A stretch of DNA of 64,000 nt, from contig NC_092379.1 in NCBI RefSeq assembly GCF_030028105.1, positions 26,715,821-26,779,820 of the forward strand, written 5' to 3'. The position numbers were made by a program, and so were the translations under genes. Of the stretch, positions 9,037 to 22,388 are shown piece by piece. The DNA is from Mobula birostris (Eukaryota). The notes under the pieces are model-generated. The model was given only the letters and a program-made list of their open reading frames with translations. It was not told the origin of the DNA and did not search any database. How positions within the stretch are numbered: the stretch's first letter is position 1; every line of letters starts with the position of its first letter.

Positions 9037-11592
9037 CGGTCCAGTGAGGTATCACTGGACCCTAGAGCTATTTTTGTTGCCACCCCCGAAACGAGAAACA
9101 GATGACTTAATTAAGGCAGCCAACGGGACAAGGGATACGCTGAATAACGAGAGTATAGAATCCACGGACCCTACCATGAACCGGAATGCGGAATTCACGG
9201 GTCAGGCCGTGATAGTACCCCATCCTCTATGGGAACCTCCCGGCAATCCAACACGCTTGTCTGGATTACAGTTGACCCGGGAGGGTGCGGGGGGTGGGTT
9301 TCAACAAGAGGGGACCCTGGATGGCGAGAGTTTAATGGCAGTGTCCGTGTTGCTGGACCCATGTCTGACTGGGCCGTTCTGTTCCAAGGGGGCGATGGAA
9401 GTGCCTTTGCTACAACCACGGAAACGTGGCTTTGTCGATTCTTCCCAATGATCTCAATTTCACAGCTTACCATTGACATTGGGTGAGTTGTTTGATTATA
9501 AATAGCTCTGTCCAGAACTGTTCAAATTTCAAAGCAGAAAGAACACATTTCTACCCATATAGGCAACCAAGTTTAATTTTCTTGCGGGCAATCAAAGTAA
9601 GTACAGGAAAAAAAAAAAATAGAAACATTGACAGACAGCAACCAAAAGGCCGGGCAACAAGCAATTTGCAAAATAATAAGAAAAGTTACACATTGGCAGG
9701 GGTACTCTTACTGACTGAAGTACATGTACCTTCCTGTGATAATGCAGCCTTGGCACATTGATGATATCTATTCCCAAATCCCTTCATTCCTCTAATATAT
9801 TTACAGTTGGTGTTACTGACAGTGTGGTAGGTAGACTTTGGCTCTGCCATAATTTGGCAAAACTTATCGTAAATAGCAAATGGAGTTCAGTCGAGTGAGG
9901 TGAATAACATTAAAAGACGTTGTGTTACATAACATCATCCGCATGGATACAGTAGACTGCAAGACATACGTCGTCATATTAGACGTGGATAAAAAAAAAA
10001 AAAGCAAAACAGAAGATATATTGGGCTTATGATAAATGCGAAGATATTCCGATGGAAGTTGACGGTATCTCCTCTACCTTGTGAGTAGAGAAAAAAGGAA
10101 CTGTTTGTGAAATTGGTTGCAGATGGCTTGCTAACTGTATTCCAGAAATCCACAGATGCAGAAACATACACGACAGTCCGAAGGTTATCCACCAAGTGCC
10201 GGGAGATAAGCTTGATAGGATTTATTCCAACTAGTCAGTGAGGTCGAAAGAGCTCGAGAAACAAGATTAGGTGCAAAACCAGTTGGATCTATAATTTATG
10301 ATTCATGTAATCTTGATTTAGAATGCAATATTTTTTTGTCTTTACAGACGTGTCCATAATTTCATCAGCAATTGCTGACTGAAAAGAAGATTGCCACTCT
10401 TCTGTCATTATCAGTTTCTGAAACACAAAGATAACAGACGCAAAAAAATTAAAACGCACAGTTCGTGTTGCAGAGAGCTCTGTGGTATATTTACATATCT
10501 GAACAAATTTATTCCACAGAGTATTATCAATTATCACATTAATATTATTTAGAATAAAAATAATAATAATAATTTGACAAATTTAACAAGTTCAATCGAA
10601 AACAATGCATATGTTTATAACACTGTATAACAACAGCTGTGCAAACAATTTTATCGAACCGGAGTTTACCTGTGTCTATCCGTTCTTTGTAAGGAAATTC
10701 TTGTCACTATAATTTAAGAAATAATACTGTCAAATTTTCCGAATCTGAATAGAGCATTTTTTTTTTACATCAAACAAACACCATACACAGCTCAAACAGA
10801 AGTAAAAGACGTTAGGCAGTTATAACAACTGACAGGCACAATGGAAAAAGTTAAATACTTTGACGAGCCGGCCTCGAGGTTCAGCAGTTTAATAATAATT
10901 GACGTTCATTATGTGTTTATTGCAAACGTTTGTATGTGTTGTATTCTGAAACAGTAACAATGCAAATAAGTCGAGCCTCTAATAGTTTTAAGAATAAACG
11001 TAGTAGTGCGATTTATATTTAGAATGTTGATGTATTATATTCAGTACAATCAGTTTCTCAATTGTATTAACATATATTTCGAAATTATATTAAAAAAATG
11101 ATATAAAATATCAGCTGCACGGCCAAAAAGATATGTGTGCGGGCAATTAGGTATTGAGAAGCCACTAACTCACGTAGTTTACAGCGATCAGTGCTTTGCA
11201 AAGAACAGTGAAGGACAGCACCAAATAATATACTGATAGATTATGCAGAGGCACATCCTGGAGTGTCTTTCAGTCCTAGTAAACAGCGGAACTTATGGTC
11301 CGGCTCTCAAGATATTGGAAAGATAACAAACACTGGGTTGCATCTGGCACCACTAAAGGAAATACACTTCACCTTCTTGTCGAAGTTTTCAATGATTAGT
11401 ATCACGATGATCCTCAAAGCGCAAGCTGAGCGCTGCTCAGCTGCAGATCCGAGCCAATAAAATCAGGAACATGCGAAATGCAGATTGCTAAACAGAGACC
11501 TGGAAATCCATAATCATTTCTCATCTGAATAACTCGATCCTATATGTTCAATGACTGGAATGTTTTGGTCCCTTCTGGCAATTCCTCATTGA

Positions 11593-14500
11593 CCATGTAC
11601 CTCAAAAATTGAGCCTCAAGCACCTCAATTAAATTCCAATCATTCCCACGTTCGACTAACTGCACATACCTGCTTCCCATCAGGAACTGTAGGATAAAGA
11701 GCCTGTGACCAGACCAAGGAGTTACCAGTTCGTTGGTCGACTCTTGCATCAGTTGCCTCGTTCCATGGTTCTTAGGATTATCAGTTCTAAGGCTAGCATC
11801 GTTCCGGATTTCACCACTAAAACAAAGACTTCGGCTAAAGACTCTCTAAACACCAATTTCACGCTCGCTACGACCATGACGCCCTTCGACTCGGCCTCCG
11901 CGCCTGTGTTCAGCACTTGGGTTCGTAGCACTCCCACGTACTTGCAAAAGAACGAAGTAGCCCTGTCCATGCCTTCGCACCGCCTGTATAATTGTGCCAT
12001 CGATCTTGTCCCTGGGTCCCCGCTACCCACCAGTCGCCGTTTTTAACCTATCCCGACCGGAGACAGAGGGAATGGAGAAATACATTAGCGAGTCCCTCGC
12101 GGCGTGCATCATCAGGCCTTCATCCTCCCCGGTAGGCGCCGGTTTATTTTTTTGTAGAAAAGAAGGACGAGACGCTTTGCCCTTGTATCGACGACCGAAC
12201 CTTAAATAATATAACAGTTAAGAACAACCACCGTCTGCCACTCATTAGTTCGGCATTTGAACCACTGCATGGAGCCACGATCTTCTCAAAGCTGGACCTT
12301 CGCAACGCCTGCCATTTAGTGAGGATGAAGGAGGGGGACGAATGAAAGACGACGTTCAATGCACATCTGGGCCACCTTGAATATTTGGTTATGCCATTTG
12401 GCCTCACCTATGCTCCCACCCTTTTCCAAATGCTGATCAATGACATACTGAGGGACTTTATCAATCAGTTCGTATTTGTTTACCTTGACGATATGTTAGT
12501 ATTTTCTAGCAGCCCCCAAGAACACGTACACCATGTCCGTCAAGTCCTCCAGCGACTAAGGGAAAAACAGTTGTTTGCAAAGGCGGAGAAACGCGAGTTT
12601 CACGTTCCTTCGGTCAGCTTCCTAGGCTGTATCATTGAATGCGGGCAGGTAAAGACAGACCCCGACAAGATCCCGGAGGTGGAGGAATAGCCTAGAGTCA
12701 GGACACGGAAACAATTTCAGCGATTCCTGGGGTTTACAAACTTCTATCGTAAATTCGTCAGAGACTACAGTCAAGAGGCGCCCCTTCTCTACCGCCCCAC
12801 CCCACCTTTACCCGGCTTACCTCGCCTACCACACCGTCTTGATGGGACACAGAAGCGGACTCGGCATACACCGACCTGTAGAGGCATTTCACCACCGCTC
12901 CCATTCTGATCCATCTGGGCCCATCACGTCAATTCATCGTTGAGGTGGACGCCTCCGACTCCGGGATATGAGCAGTTCTGTCCCGCCGATCAAGTTCGGT
13001 CGAAAGACTTCATCCCTGCGCCTTCTGCTCTCGTCGACTGTACCCCGCCGAGCGGAATTACGACGTGGGGAATCGGGAACTGCTGGCGGTTAAACTAGCG
13101 CTGGAAGAATGGAGGCACTGGTTGGAGGGGGCAGAACACTGGTTTGTTGTACGGACTGATCATAAGAACCTGGAATATATTCAGACCGCCAAGCGATTGA
13201 ACTCACGCCAGGCCCGTTGGGTATTGTTGTTTGGTGTGTTCAAGTTTCCCCTCATGTACCGTCCAGGATCCAATAACGGGAAGCCGGACGCGCTATCCCG
13301 CCAGCCTGATTCCAAGGATGACACCTCCGGTCCCAAAACTATCCTCCTACCATCCTGCGTGGTTGCCAATCTCACTTGGGAGATCGAGTCTAAAGTAGAG
13401 GAAGCCCAGCGGGACGACCCCGACCCTGTCAATGGACCCGGCGATATCCTATAGGTGCCCGTGTCCGTCAGGTCCCAGGTTCTCCAATGGGGGCGCAAAT
13501 CCCGGTTCCCCTGCCACCTCGGGACTGATCGGACATAGAAACATAGAAACATAGAAAATAGGTGCAGGAGTAGGCCATTTGACCCTTCGAGCCTGCACCG
13601 CCATTTATTATGATCATGGCTTATCATCCAACTCAGAACCCTGCACCAACCTTCCCTCAATATCCCCTGATCCCCGTAGCCACAAGGGCCATATCTAACT
13701 CCCTCTTAAATATAGCCAATGAACTGGTCTCAACTGTTTCCTGTGGCAGACAATTCCACAGATTCACCACTCTCTGTGTGAAGAAGTTTTTCCTAATCTC
13801 GGTCCTAAAAGGCTTCCCCTTTATCCTCAAACTGTCACCTCTCATACTGAATTTCCCCAACATCGGGAACAATCTTCATGCATCTAGCCTGTTCAATCCC
13901 TTTAGGATTTTATACGTTTCAATCAGATCCCCACTCAATCTTCTAAATTCCAACGAGTACAAGCCCAGTTCATCCAGTCTTTCTTCATATGAAAGTCCTG
14001 CCATCCCAGGAATCAATCTGGTGAACCTTCTTTGTAGTCCCTCTATGGCAAGGATGTCTTTCCTCAGATTAGGGGACCAGAACTGCACACAATACTCCAG
14101 GTGTGGTCTCACCAAGGCCTTGTACAACTGCAGTAGTACAGCTGCCAGCATACCATTCGCCTTTTTCACCGCCTGCTCTGCCTGCATGCCCACTTTCAAT
14201 GACTGGTGTATAATGACACCCAGGTCTCGTTGCACCTCCCCTTTTCCTAATCGGCCACCATTCAGATAATAATCTGTTTTCCTATTCTTGCCACCAAAGT
14301 GGATAACTTCACATTTATCCACGTTAAATTGCATCTGCCATGAATTTGCTCACTCACCCAATCTATCCAAGTCACCCTGCATCCTCTTAGCATCATCCTC
14401 ACAGCTAACACTGCCGCCCAGCTTCGTGTCATCCGCAAACTTGGAGATGCTGCATTTAATTCCTTCATCCAAGTCATTAATATATATTGTAAACAACTGG

Positions 14501-17352
14501 GGTCCCAGCACTGAGCCTTGCGGTACCCCACTAGTCACTGCCTGCCATTCTGAAAAGGTCCCGTTTATTCCCACTTTTTGCTTCCTGTCTGCTAACCAAT
14601 TCTCTATCCACATCAATACCTTACCCCCAATACCGTGTGCTTTAAGTTTGCACACTAATCTCCTGTGTGGGACCTTGTCAAAAGCCTTTTGAAAATCCAA
14701 ATATACCACATCCACTGGTTCTCCCTTATCCTCTCTACTAGTTACATCCTCAAAAAATTCTATGAGATTCATCAGACATGATTTCCTATCAGAAATCCAT
14801 GCTGACTTTGTCCAATGATTTGACCGCTTTCCAAATGTGCTGTTATCACGTCTTTGATAACTGACTCCAGCAGTTTCCCCACCACCGACGTTAAGCTAAC
14901 CGGTCTATAATTCCCCGGTTTCTCTCTCCCTCCTTTTTTAAAAAGTGGGGTTACATTAGCCACCCTCCAATCCTCAGGAACTAGTCCAGAATCTAACGAG
15001 TTTTGAAAAAAATATCACTAATGCATCCACTATTTCTTGCGCTACTTCCTTAAGCACTCTGGGATGCAGACCATCTGGCCCTGGGGATTTATCTGCCTTT
15101 AATCCCTTCAATTTACCCAACACCACTTCCCTAATAACATGTATTTCGCTCAGTTCCTCCATCTTACTGGGCCCTCTGTCCCCTACTATTTCTGGAAGAT
15201 TATTTATGTCCTCCTTAGTGAAGACAGAACCAAAGTAATTATTCAATTGGTCTGCCATGTCCTTGCTCCCCATAATCAATTCACCTGTTTCTGTCTGTAG
15301 GGGACCTAGATTTGTCTTTACCAGTCTTTTCCTTTTTGCATATCTATAAAAAGCTTTTACAGTCAGTTTTTATGTTCCCAGTCAGTTCTTATTTTCCCTG
15401 CCAGTTTTCTTTCATAATCTATTTTTCCCTTCCTAATTAAGCCCTTTGTCCTCCCCTGCTGAACTCTGAATTTCTCCAAGTCCTCAGGTGAGCCACTTTT
15501 TCCGGCTAATTTGTATGCTTCTTCTTTGGAATTGATACTATCCCTAATTTCTCTTGTCAGCCACGGGTGCACTATCTTCCTTGATTTATTATTTTGCCAA
15601 AATGGGATGAACAATTGTTGTAGTTCATCCATGCTATCCTTAAATGCTTGCCATTGCATATCCACCGTCAATCCTTTAAGTGTCATTTGCCAGTCTATCT
15701 TAGCTAATTCACGTCTGATACCTTCAAAGTTGCCCCTCTTTAAGTTCAGAACCTTTGTTTCTGAATTAACTATGTCACTCTCCATCTTAATGAAGAATTC
15801 CACCATATTATGGTCACTAGCTCTCCTGAGGAAGCACTTTTGGTGGCCGTCCATGGAGAGGGACACCCATTCTTATTGCTCGGCTTGTTCCATCTGTGCC
15901 TGGGGAAAGGTCTCTATCGACTACCTGCGGAACTGGTCGTCCCTGGTCACACATCGCCTGAGAATTCATCAGTGGTCCATCCACTTCACATGAAAACACC
16001 ACTGACCTCAATGTGGTAGACCGATTCTCCAAGGCGGTGAACTTTGTGGCCCTCCCCAAACTACATTCCTCTCAAGCAACTGCAGATCTTCTCGTCCACC
16101 ACGTCTTCCGCCTCCACGGAAACCCCGTGGACGTAGTCTGCGACCGAGGTCCCCAGTTCGTTTCGCAGGTATGGAAGGCCTTCTACCAAGCCTTGGGCTC
16201 ATCGGTCAGCGTGTTATCCGGCTTCAGCACCTAAACGAACGGGCAGACGGAACGGGTCAACCTAGACCTGGAGGCGAAGCCACGTTGTGTAACGGCAAAC
16301 AACCCGTCGACCTGGAGCGACCACTTCCCGTGGGTTGAGTACGCCCACAACTCTCTAGTGATCTCTGCCATTGGAAGGTCTCCATTCTAGTGCTGCCTTG
16401 GGTACCAACCCCCGCTGTTCCTCGCGCAAGAAGAGGAGATTGCGGTACCGTCGGTTCGGGACCATATTGATCCGTGCCGTAGGTTTTGGGAGGAGACACG
16501 GACGGCCCTACTCAGATCAACAAATCGAAATAAGAAGACCGTTACTGCTCTGCGGCGCCGGAGTAGCAACCTGTGCAGATGGTGTGGCTTGCCGCCAAGA
16601 ACATAACGCTCAAGAACGAACATAAGAAACACACCCCTCGCTTCCTGGGGCCATTCAAGATTGAAAGGGTTATAAATCCCACAGCTGTCCGCCTTAAGCT
16701 GCCAAGATCTATGCGCATTCACCCAACGTTTCAGGTGTCTCAGTTAAAGCCAGTTTCTGTCAGCCCCTTGTGTCCCCCAGCTGAGATTCCCCCACCTGCC
16801 CGTATCAGCGACAACCATCCGGCAAACAGCGAAAGACGATGAGTAGATGTGCGCCGTCGGGGCAGTGGACTCCAATACCTGGTGGACTGGTAAGCGTACG
16901 GTCCAGATGAGCGGTCCTGGCGTCTCCGCTCCTTTATCCAAGATCCTTCTCTCATCCAGGACTTTCATCGGGACCATCCAGACAGGCCCACTCCCCCACC
17001 ATGCCATTTACCTCAGGAATTATACCTCAATCCCTAATTTAAATTCCATTCATTCCTACGTTCCACTAACTGCACATACCTGCTTCCCATCCGGAAAAGT
17101 AGGATAAAAACACTGTGACCACTACAAGGAGTTGCCAGTTCGTTGGTCGACTCTTGTATAAGTAGCCTCATTCCATGGTTCTTAAGACTATCAGTTCTAA
17201 GGCTAGCACCGTTCCTAAATTTTCTACGAAAACCGACTTCGGCTGAAGACTCTCTGGACACCAATTCCACACTCGCCACGACATAACACCTCCGGACTCG
17301 GCTTCCGCGCCTGTCTTCAGCACTAGGGTTCGTCTCACCGCCAAGTCATGCA
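11593..17352 (+). mobile_element. Ty3/Gypsy chromodomain LTR retrotransposon, decayed, gag-pro deleted
   Basis: LTR pair ~11593-11930 and ~16999-17352. RT (HRLYNCAIDLVPG, VMPFGL, YLDD at ~12481), RNase H ([27 protein letters not shown]), integrase (VDRFSKA, NGQTERVN), chromodomain (GLQYLVDW..GPDERSW). Many stops. Confidence 0.92.
13533..15818 (-). mobile_element. 5'-truncated CR1 LINE inserted in the Gypsy integrase
   Basis: (TTTCTATG)n tail at 13533-13556; RT motifs [30 protein letters not shown]; internal deletions. The Gypsy frame (GTDRT-LALLRKHFWWP) resumes at ~15817. Confidence 0.95.
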
Positions 17353-17379
17353 ACATTGAGCTCCTGAAAAATATTTTCC

Positions 17380-17620
17380 GAATAATAAGTGCACACACTT
17401 TGACACAAAGTTTGAAGAGCACAATGTATCTGAGAATATACCACCAATTCCATCCATGCCTTGTGGAAAAAGAAAAAAAAAAACGTCATAAACAGTGGAT
17501 ATATTACTGCACCGAATTGAAGATACCTTTTTCAGACTTTGCACGGAGGGCACTAAAACGTCACGAGCAGTTCTCCTTTTCCGGACTAATCGTGGGTAAT
17601 ATTTACCGAATGTTTTCAGC
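17380..17620 (+). pseudogene. Decayed V relic just right of the Gypsy 3' LTR
   Basis: EEHNV..*EYTTNSIHALW (TGA at the Cys23 position), DILLH, SDFARR..FSFSGLIVG; frameshifted. Confidence 0.4.
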
Positions 17621-19027
17621 GAACTCTGATTCGTTTTTTCTTTCAAGGGATTTTTGGATTGTGGTTTGTATCTTTCACTATTATGGCACTATTATGGCAC
17701 GTGCTGAATGTTATGTCAGCGAAAATAGCTTAGATGTTAATCTGTAAGTAAAACTAATTTCAAATCTCTCATCGGCTGCAACAGCAGCATCTAATATCGC
17801 TGCCATAGGACGCTCCTCTCCCGAGAGAAAACATCAGGCTGCGCCGCAATGAGAACTACTGGCTTTCGAAAACAACACACTTGTTTCTTTTTCTCTTTTT
17901 TTCCCCCCGTTTACCATTTCAAAGAAGAAATTGCTGAGAGTCTCCAGTATTTTCAAATTACTTCATTTAATTCTGATCTCCGCTTTCCGTTTGTTATGAC
18001 AGAGCTTTGTTACAAACTGCAGAAAGATTAGAACTGAAAAAAAAATGTATGTGTAAACTGACAGATTACAAGCAATAAAATGATTAGCCAAAAGTTTATA
18101 GCGAGGCGATTAGCACTTAGCTGGGAAAAAAAAAAAGTTTCCGAATAACATCTAGTATGGTTGGTGTGTGGACAATGCAAAGAACTGTTCAACCGATATG
18201 TGGTTGAGATCAGTTACCCAATATGTTATGTAGATGTCATAAGACAATCTGATGGAGAAAGTAAGTGGGTCAACCAACTTCGATCGGCAGGAATGACACT
18301 TGCCGTTTTGAATCAGAATCTTCATAAGGACAGGAATTGGAGGATAGGATAAATAAGCATATAACAGCACGTAGTGGTGGAAACAAGGCAAACTCGCAAG
18401 TGAAAAGCTAAACTAGATGAAGAGAAAGACAGGCAGGAGCTGGAGGTGTATGAAATAAAAAAACAAAGGTTCTGAGAAGAAATCAGAAAGAGCTAAAGGG
18501 CGTAGTCAGACCGAATCTAACAGGAGGCGACGGTTGTCCAGGGAAGAATGGGAAGGAGAAGGGGGTCGACAGCGTGAACGTGGGCAGGCCTGGAGAAAAA
18601 AAAAAGGGATAAGTATGAAGACAAAATCGGGAATGAAATGAAATGAATGAGAGGGAGACAGGTCACCGGAAGTTAGATAAATCAGTTTTCATGCCATCAG
18701 TTTGAAGTCTATCTATACGGAATATCAGAAGTTCCGCCACACTAACGCGTGACAATTAACGGGAATATGTACGACTATGTTGCGATATGAGTCGACAGAA
18801 TAAAAATGGTAGGTAGTGCGAATGATTGATGAATTTCTGAGGCCATGTTACATGTTTATAAGTTGTTGGCGAGACTGCACCTTTATAACGTGTGCAGTTC
18901 CAGTAGCTAAATTAGTAGACTAAGTGATTCATCCATTGATGGTGGAGAGAAAGGTTCATAATGTTGTTGCCGGTACTGCAAATATTAAAGGCAGAATCAC
19001 CTCGAGATGCACTGAAGCCAGAGTTCT

Positions 19028-19111
19028 AGACACAAAATGCTGAACGAGCTCAGCAGGTCAGTCAGCAGCTCTCGAAGGAATAAACATTCGGGCCGAGACT
19101 CTTCCACAGGA
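19028..19111 (-). mobile_element. Short interspersed-repeat fragment with degenerate hammerhead-like core (Penelope-associated type)
   Basis: Plus strand ACACAAAATGCTGAACGAGCTCAGCAGG..; minus strand CTGTGGA-AGAGTCTCGGCCC-GAAT versus the HHR core CTGANGA-stem-GAAA. Confidence 0.45.
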
Positions 19112-20398
19112 GAACAAATGAATGAGGATGAAACCGTAATGTTACTGTGGAAGGAAGAGAAGGACGTAACATAATCTTCAAAGAGAACGATGAAGCCAAG
19201 TGAGAGGGAAGGTGGCATACAGTCGTGTGACGTGTCTCCACAGATTCGTTTATGTCAGCGTTACCTTATGACGTATGTCGACGGTATACAATAAATGTGG
19301 GCGGAGTGCTGAGAGGGAGTCGAAGGAGTCGAAGGAAAAAGACCGAGAGAGAGGGAATGAAAACTGCAGACATTGAGCTATCACGAAACAGCTCACGATC
19401 CAGAAGGGTAAAGTCTAAAACTTAATGTTACATACCTTGTGGGTATCTTGTGACTGTCTTATGACCATAATGTAATTGAGTATCTTGTGAGCATGATGTA
19501 ATTGTCTTGTGATGGTGGGATGATGTAATTATACCGCCAGTGCGTTAGTATGAGGTCACATAACGTAATTTTCCTGCCAGTGTGAGGTTACATGATGTAA
19601 TTTTCCAGCCGGTGTGAGTTCTCGTGATGACATGTTCAAACAGGTTTATAAAGGGAATACCGTGTTGTCACACATTTAGTAGTTAGGTCGTCAGTCATTT
19701 CGTTAGTTATGCTGCGTATTCGTCTCATGACGCAAGTTCATTCTAGAGTGGAGTTTTACTTTCTATTTTAAGGTAAAAATGTTGTACCGGCAAATTGCTG
19801 CCAGTTTTTGTTTGTTGCAGCTTTGTTTTATATTTGCAGTCTCGTATTGGGCAGTGTACACCTTACGAAAGTACGGGAAGCAGAAGATTGAGAAACAAAA
19901 TTGTGTTGTTCGACGGTTTTATAAATGATTGACCTTATTAAATCGTCGTTCCGCAATATTGGCCTGCATGTGAGATAAGGACTGTAAGATCAGCAAAGTC
20001 TGTGCAGTGTTCACTCTCCAGGAAATGGTCAGTTCCTTTAAGCCGTTTTATTTCCTTCCTCCTGAACCCGGTGGACAAGGCATCTCTACCTGGGATGAGC
20101 AGTAACGTCACGTCTTCAAAAAAAAAAAAATCAGTTTTCAGAGAAGTCTACCATTACTGACTGTATACATCACTTGGACTTTCGAATTTCCACTTTAAGA
20201 CTGTGTTTGAATTTACTACTTTAAGAACTATCCAGAGTTTGACTGTTTGCTAAATTGCCGCATAGCAGTTAACTTCCGATTATGTTTGTTGTTTGTTTAC
20301 TTTTCACTATCGTTCAGCAGAGTTCAGTAAATCTTTACGTTTGTTTATAAAACCTGACCCAATTCTAGATTCATTGTTGCTGGTCACGTAATAGCAAT

Positions 20399-20416
20399 TG
20401 GGGGCTCGTTCGGGAT
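20399..20416 (+). other. tRNA-Pro primer-binding site
   Basis: TGGGGGCTCGTTCGGGAT, one mismatch to the classical tRNA-Pro PBS TGGGGGCTCGTCCGGGAT. Confidence 0.8.
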
Positions 20417-21231
20417 GGTTCCAGATTTGAACTTAAGTGCTTGTTTAATAACCAATCTGATTTGAAAACTGGAATTACCTGATTCCTTTATTTGATTAGT
20501 CTGTGAGTGGTAGTCATCGGCAACGAATATTGACGACTTTCTATTTTGCTGGGCACGGAGGTATTAGCGAAGACAAAAATGAGGTTGTATCCGAGATTGT
20601 TGGGAGCTTGGACTTTAAAGGAATTTCGAAGGTTACAACAAAGCCAGTAATTCAGAGAAAAATCGCGGAACACTATATAAAATAAGGAGATTTTGATGAC
20701 AAAGTGTTAGATATGTTTCCAATGATTAATCTCGAGATGCAGTTTCATATCGCCCAAATAAAGTTAGAACAATTTAAAGCGGTCTTGGAATTAGAAGGGA
20801 GGGAATTAGAAGCTAGAGAAGCGATAGAGAGAGGGAGTTTGAGCTAGCGCTGGAGAAATTAAAGTCCCATAATCAGCCCTCAGATTCTAGGAAACCATTT
20901 ATTGCTATCCGGGAAGTTATATTGGCTCCTCCATTTAATGAGGGAGAAACAGAAAAATAATTCAAGCATTTTGAAATTTTTGCTCTGATTTCACAGTGGC
21001 CGAAAGATAAATGGCCAGTGAGGTTACAAAGTGTAAATAAAGGTAATGCACAACACGTTTCTACAGTTTTAACTGCTGTGCAATCACTTGATTATGATAC
21101 TGTGAAGCAGCATATACTGAAATCATATGAACTGGTTCTGGAAGCTTACAAAGAAAGATTCAGAAATTTGAAGAAATCCGTGGTCAAAACTTATGTTGAA
21201 TTTCCCTACGATAAATCTGTGTGCTTTCCGC

Positions 21232-22307
21232 TTCACATATCTAAGGAGCTTTCATTATCCTGCTTTATATTTTTCTGGCTAGCTTACTTTCTTACCTCAA
21301 CTTTTGCCCCCGCATTGCCTCTTTAGTTATCTTCTGTTGATCCTTAAAAGTCTCCCAATCCTCTGGCTTCCCACTCATCCACGCTATGTTATACTTCCTC
21401 TCTTTTATTTTTATACTGTCCTTGACTTCACTTGTCATCCACCGTCGCCCCTGACGCACTTAGATCCATTCTTCCTCTTTGGAATGCAGTGATCCTGCAC
21501 CTTCTGTGTTATTCACAGAAATACCTGCCATTATTGTTCCACTGTCATCCCTGCTAGGGTATCCTTCCAGTTAACTTTTGCCAGCTCCTCCCTCATGTGT
21601 CCATAGGCCCCTTTGTTGAACTGTAATACCGACATTTCCGGTCTACACTTCTCCCTCTCAAATCGCAGGTTAAAACTTATCATATTATGGTCACTACCTC
21701 CTAATGTCTCCTTTACCTCGAGTTCCCTTATCAAATCTGGATCATTGCACAGCACTAAATCCAGGATTGCCGTCTCCATGGTAGGCTCTAATACAAGCTG
21801 CTCTAAGAATCCATCTTTGAGGCATTCCAGAAACTCCCTTTCTTGGGGTGCAATACCAACCTGATTTTCCCAGTCTACCTGCATATTAAAATTCCCCATA
21901 TCAACCGTAAATTACCTTTGCGACTTGCCAATTTTAATTCTTGATGTAAATTGCACCCTATATCCAGGCTAATGTTTGGGGGCCTGTAGAAAACTTCCAT
22001 CAGGGTCGTTTTGCCCTTACACTTTCTCCGTTCTATCCATAGTGACTCAACATCTCCGGATTCTATGTCCACCGTCGCAAGTGACTAAATTTCACTCCTC
22101 ACCAACAGAGCCACCACACCCACTCTGCCAACTTGTCTGTCCTTTCGATAGGATGTATATGCCTGAATATTTATTTCGCAGCCCTACCCTCTAGCCACCA
22201 TGTCTCTGTTATACCCACAACATCACACTTGCCAATTTCAATTGAGCCTCAGGCTCATCCACTTTAATCCTTATACTTCGTCCATTCATATATAATACTA
22301 TTAATCC
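21232..22307 (-). mobile_element. CR1 LINE fragment (endonuclease region) replacing gag-end to INT start of the outer element
   Basis: Minus strand MGNFN..DW..FLECLKDGFLEQLVLEPT..AILDLVLCN..LGGSDHNMI and VFYRPPN. Confidence 0.9.
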
Positions 22308-22388
22308 AGAAATATAACGGCTAAAACTGTAGCACTTATAAAATACTATACTTATTTTCTGTTGCCTACGGAATTACAATCTGATCAT

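Noticed and set aside
13610-14692. 219-aa and 134-aa plus-strand ORFs
   Set aside because: Antisense shadows of the CR1 RT region.
18161-18352. VIRQSDGESKWV, IgH FR2-like
   Set aside because: No Trp41, wrong Cys spacing, no FR3 or RSS; the opposite strand gives equally weak V-like words.
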